This document shows, piece by piece, positions 51,232 to 53,709 of a DNA stretch of 53,709 nt. Positions within the stretch are counted from its first letter, which is position 1. Each line of letters begins with the position of its first letter. The stretch spans positions 102,263 to 155,971 of the forward strand of contig JBAZTS010000002.1 in the NCBI GenBank assembly GCA_041661795.1, read 5' to 3'. The DNA is from Minisyncoccota bacterium (GTDB lineage: Bacteria > Patescibacteriota > Minisyncoccia > UBA6257 > JAGOQP01). The position numbers were made by a program, and so were the translations under genes. The notes under the pieces were generated by a model. It was given only the letters and a program-made list of their open reading frames with translations. It had not been told where the DNA came from and did not search any database.

Positions 51232-52495
51232 TCACGATTATATTTAGATTTCTATTGATAATACCCAGAAAACCTCTTGTTGGATTTTCACAGCTTAATT
51301 GATAAGTTACTGATTTATCAGCCACAAATGAAGCAGAACCAGTTTTAGTTGTTAAATCGGGCATCTCCAGAGTTGTCATGTCTCCGCCATCTTTTGGCAT
51401 CTGACATTTAGTAAGATTTGATATTTCATAATCAATTTTTATTAACTCGCCTTTTGTTACTTCAATCGGATAATTTGGAGCAACAGAGCCGTTTAATTTT
51501 ATGCTCATTTTTGGAACTCCTTTTAGATCAATTTTAATTGTCTCGCTATCAGACGATTCTTTGTTAGAACAAGTAAGAGTATATGTATAAGTTCTTTCTA
51601 TGCTGTTTAAGTTAAATCCAGTACCTACCGATCCCTGAATACTAGTATTTCCTCCAACCAACCAATCTCCAGAGAAAGCACACTCATTGGCATTTTGTCC
51701 AAACCATTGAATCCCTAATGGTTTATTTAAGTCTAAATAATAAACTCCAGATAAATTACTTGGGTTAAAGGATAAACTTGTATTAACTGAATTATCTTGT
51801 TCCGGTTCTGGTTGTATTATAGCTTGCTGATTTTGGATAACATCGATTTTAAGCTCTTTTTCTGTAGAACCCTTATGGTCCTTATATTCATTTTCGTTTG
51901 TGCATTTAATATTAAATAACAATGTTTCTATCTTATTAAAAGGCACAAAGCAATTTCCGGATTTTATATCAGTATAATTTCCTCTCCAATCAAAAGATGG
52001 GCATTCACTTATGGTTGAAGTGATATGGCATTCGCTTGCGTGATAAATTCTGTAGCTTATTCTTCCCGCATCTCCTACATATGGTCTAACGTATTGATCT
52101 TGTTTGTTATTGAAAATTATAGAAACTTCAGGAGATATATCTTTCAAAACTTCTTCAATGTGTTGTTGATTAGCATCTTGTTCGCTTTTTATTAGAGTAT
52201 TTGATGAAGTAATTGTCTGATTCTCAGTATTTTTAGTAGATACTTCATTGTTTGGATTTATTTCTGTTATGGCTTGTGTTGGTGTCGATTCATTTGTTAT
52301 TTCATTATCATTTGTCTCTCCATTAACATTAACATTCTCGAATTTATTAGGCAATGCTTTATTTTTTTCTTGATAATTACGATACTGTTCTACACCAAAA
52401 TAACTTATCCCTCCAATAGCTAAAATGCCTGTAATAATTGCAATAAGTAGTGGTATTTGGATAAAACCTTTCTGGGATTTAATTTTATCTTTCAT
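51224..52495 (-). CDS. Pilin-like-anchored surface protein with three beta-sandwich-like repeats
   Basis: N-terminal QKGFIQIPLLIAIITGILAIGG resembles a class III (prepilin-like) signal/anchor. An Asn/Thr-rich linker follows, then three repeats that each end in a Y-x-L-x-C-type motif. Confidence 0.55.
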   Translation of the reverse strand: MKDKIKSQKGFIQIPLLIAIITGILAIGGISYFGVEQYRNYQEKNKALPNKFENVNVNGETNDNEITNESTPTQAITEINPNNEVSTKNTENQTITSSNTLIKSEQDANQQHIEEVLKDISPEVSIIFNNKQDQYVRPYVGDAGRISYRIYHASECHITSTISECPSFDWRGNYTDIKSGNCFVPFNKIETLLFNIKCTNENEYKDHKGSTEKELKIDVIQNQQAIIQPEPEQDNSVNTSLSFNPSNLSGVYYLDLNKPLGIQWFGQNANECAFSGDWLVGGNTSIQGSVGTGFNLNSIERTYTYTLTCSNKESSDSETIKIDLKGVPKMSIKLNGSVAPNYPIEVTKGELIKIDYEISNLTKCQMPKDGGDMTTLEMPDLTTKTGSASFVADKSVTYQLSCENPTRGFLGIINRNLNIIVIE

Positions 52496-52859
52496 GGATT
52501 TGAATGGTTATCATTAGTTTAACAACAAAATCTTGATTTGTTAAATGGCTTGAAAAAATGGATAAATAATGGCTAAATTAGTGTATGAAACTATCCATCG
52601 GTATGGGTGGAACACAACCAGACATAAGGATGGGGGAGTAATACCGTTTAGGTTTAGGATTAAGTTGACTTCGTCAAAATTATAATATATAATAAAAACA
52701 CTACGAAACTCACATTTTTTAGTTTTAAACAGTAGTGATGTGTTATGTCTGATGCCATTATCTACATGTTGGTTTGTGTTAGGCAAAGCCCCTAAAGAGT
52801 AATTTTTTAGGGTGTTTTTATTTATTATAAATAATTTTAAAATTAATAAAAAAAATAAT

Positions 52860-53709
52860 ATGAGAAAATTAATTTGTGGTAAGTGGATATTATTAGTAAT
52901 AATTTCATTATTCTTTGTGCCTTTGTTGTCAGAGGCTGAGCAATATAATCAATCCATAACTTTAAAACCCGGATGGAATATAATCTCAGCTCCAAGAATA
53001 GTTGATAGCCACACTTTCTCAGCAGAAGAAATATCTTCCAATTTTGACATATACATACTCAATCCTTCCAGTTTGTCTGGTTGGTCAACTATGGCCGACC
53101 TTGGTCAGTCAGAGTTTACTCCTTTATTTGGTTATTTTATCAACAATAAAACTCTATCAAATCAAATTTTGACGATTAATTATAAAGAAGATCCGTTACC
53201 GGGTGAAAGACTTTTTGAAAGAAGCTTTTCTACAACTGGTTGGTATTCAATCGGTCCAGCTAATCCGACTTATACAAAAACAGTCTGTTCAAGTTCAAGC
53301 GATATAAATAATGTATCTAAAATTCTCAGTTCGTTATCAGAGAAATTCAGTTCTGTTATAGATTTTACCGACCCATTTACTGATTCTTTTGCTATAAATA
53401 ACCAATGGAAATTAGCTGTTGCCTCGGAAGCTAACAACTTAAACGATCTTAGAGAATTAAAGGGTTACGCAATTTATCTAAACCAAACTGAGGCTCTTCT
53501 GAGTGGTTTTCAAAATGATGATGAGCCGTGTATTGCACCACTTCCACCACCTCCAACACCAGCAACTCTTAATATATTCTTAGCTTCCAATCCTACTTCT
53601 CAGACAGTTGTCGGAGGAGGATGGGTTGATGCTTTGGGAGTTGTTGTAAGCGCTGGTTCTGCTTCCAAAGTCACAGTTTCTTCAGTAACCTTCCAAGGTT
53701 ATGCCGATG
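52860..53709 (+). CDS. Secreted hypothetical protein, 3' partial (runs off the window end)
   Basis: Hand-translated open frame from the ATG at 52860 with no stop to the end of the window. Signal peptide MRKLICGKWILLVIISLFFVPLLSEAE. Contains a PLPPPPTP linker. Absent from the ORF track because it has no stop. Confidence 0.6.
   Translation, partial: MRKLICGKWILLVIISLFFVPLLSEAEQYNQSITLKPGWNIISAPRIVDSHTFSAEEISSNFDIYILNPSSLSGWSTMADLGQSEFTPLFGYFINNKTLSNQILTINYKEDPLPGERLFERSFSTTGWYSIGPANPTYTKTVCSSSSDINNVSKILSSLSEKFSSVIDFTDPFTDSFAINNQWKLAVASEANNLNDLRELKGYAIYLNQTEALLSGFQNDDEPCIAPLPPPPTPATLNIFLASNPTSQTVVGGGWVDALGVVVSAGSASKVTVSSVTFQGYAD

Noticed and set aside
52541-52786. Minus-strand 81-aa ORF in the divergent intergenic region.
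   Set aside because: It has no recognisable features. It lies where promoters for the two divergent surface-protein genes are expected, and its composition differs from neighbouring genes only slightly. There is not enough support to call it.
1-53709. Alternative genetic code (UGA recoding), as in some CPR lineages.
   Set aside because: Conserved genes are full length under the standard code. TGA is used as a genuine stop, for example at the endonuclease gene end (6328-6330). No in-frame TGA interrupts any conserved protein I inspected.

Overview
Low-GC bacterial chromosomal segment. Hand counts of single 60-nt lines give about 23% G+C in the ribosomal operon, against 53-55% in two anomalous patches. 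Gene content and style fit a reduced-genome Candidate Phyla Radiation / Patescibacteria (Parcubacteria-like) organism. Supporting signs: a ribosomal protein super-operon with no room for rpmD (L30) between rpsE and rplO, almost no Shine-Dalgarno motifs, lysine-rich tails on core proteins, compact aminoacyl-tRNA synthetases and pilin-like surface proteins. This taxonomic call is an inference; no database search was run.

Layout, left to right:
- lemA / htpX / phosphatase genes and small membrane proteins
- tRNA-Ser(GGA)
- a type II restriction-modification pair, followed by a GIY-YIG-like + NYN-like two-gene cassette
- a Nudix hydrolase
- a MacAB-like ABC efflux operon
- a GC-rich, roughly 370-nt structured RNA candidate with its own promoter and terminator
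- GerMN-like gene and alr, then dnaG, rpoD, alaS
- two large hypothetical proteins
- the alpha operon (infA-rpmJ-rpsM-rpsK-rpsD-rpoA-rplQ), placed upstream of tuf-rpsJ
- a queuosine-salvage gene and a GC-rich foreign-looking three-gene minus-strand operon, both splitting rpsJ from rplC
- the S10/spc clusters through secY-adk-map
- glycosyltransferases, greA, lysS, ftsQ-like, tyrS
- a DUF3800 two-gene cassette
- a surface-protein cluster

Most unusual observations:
1. The GC-rich, SD-bearing three-gene operon inside the ribosomal cluster.
2. A family of helically phased, inverted hexamer word arrays. They lie in intergenic regions just upstream of start codons, and also in-frame inside alaS and another ORF.
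3. An in-frame palindromic insertion in alr.
4. The unclassified structured RNA.

All functional calls rest on motif and sequence recognition by eye.
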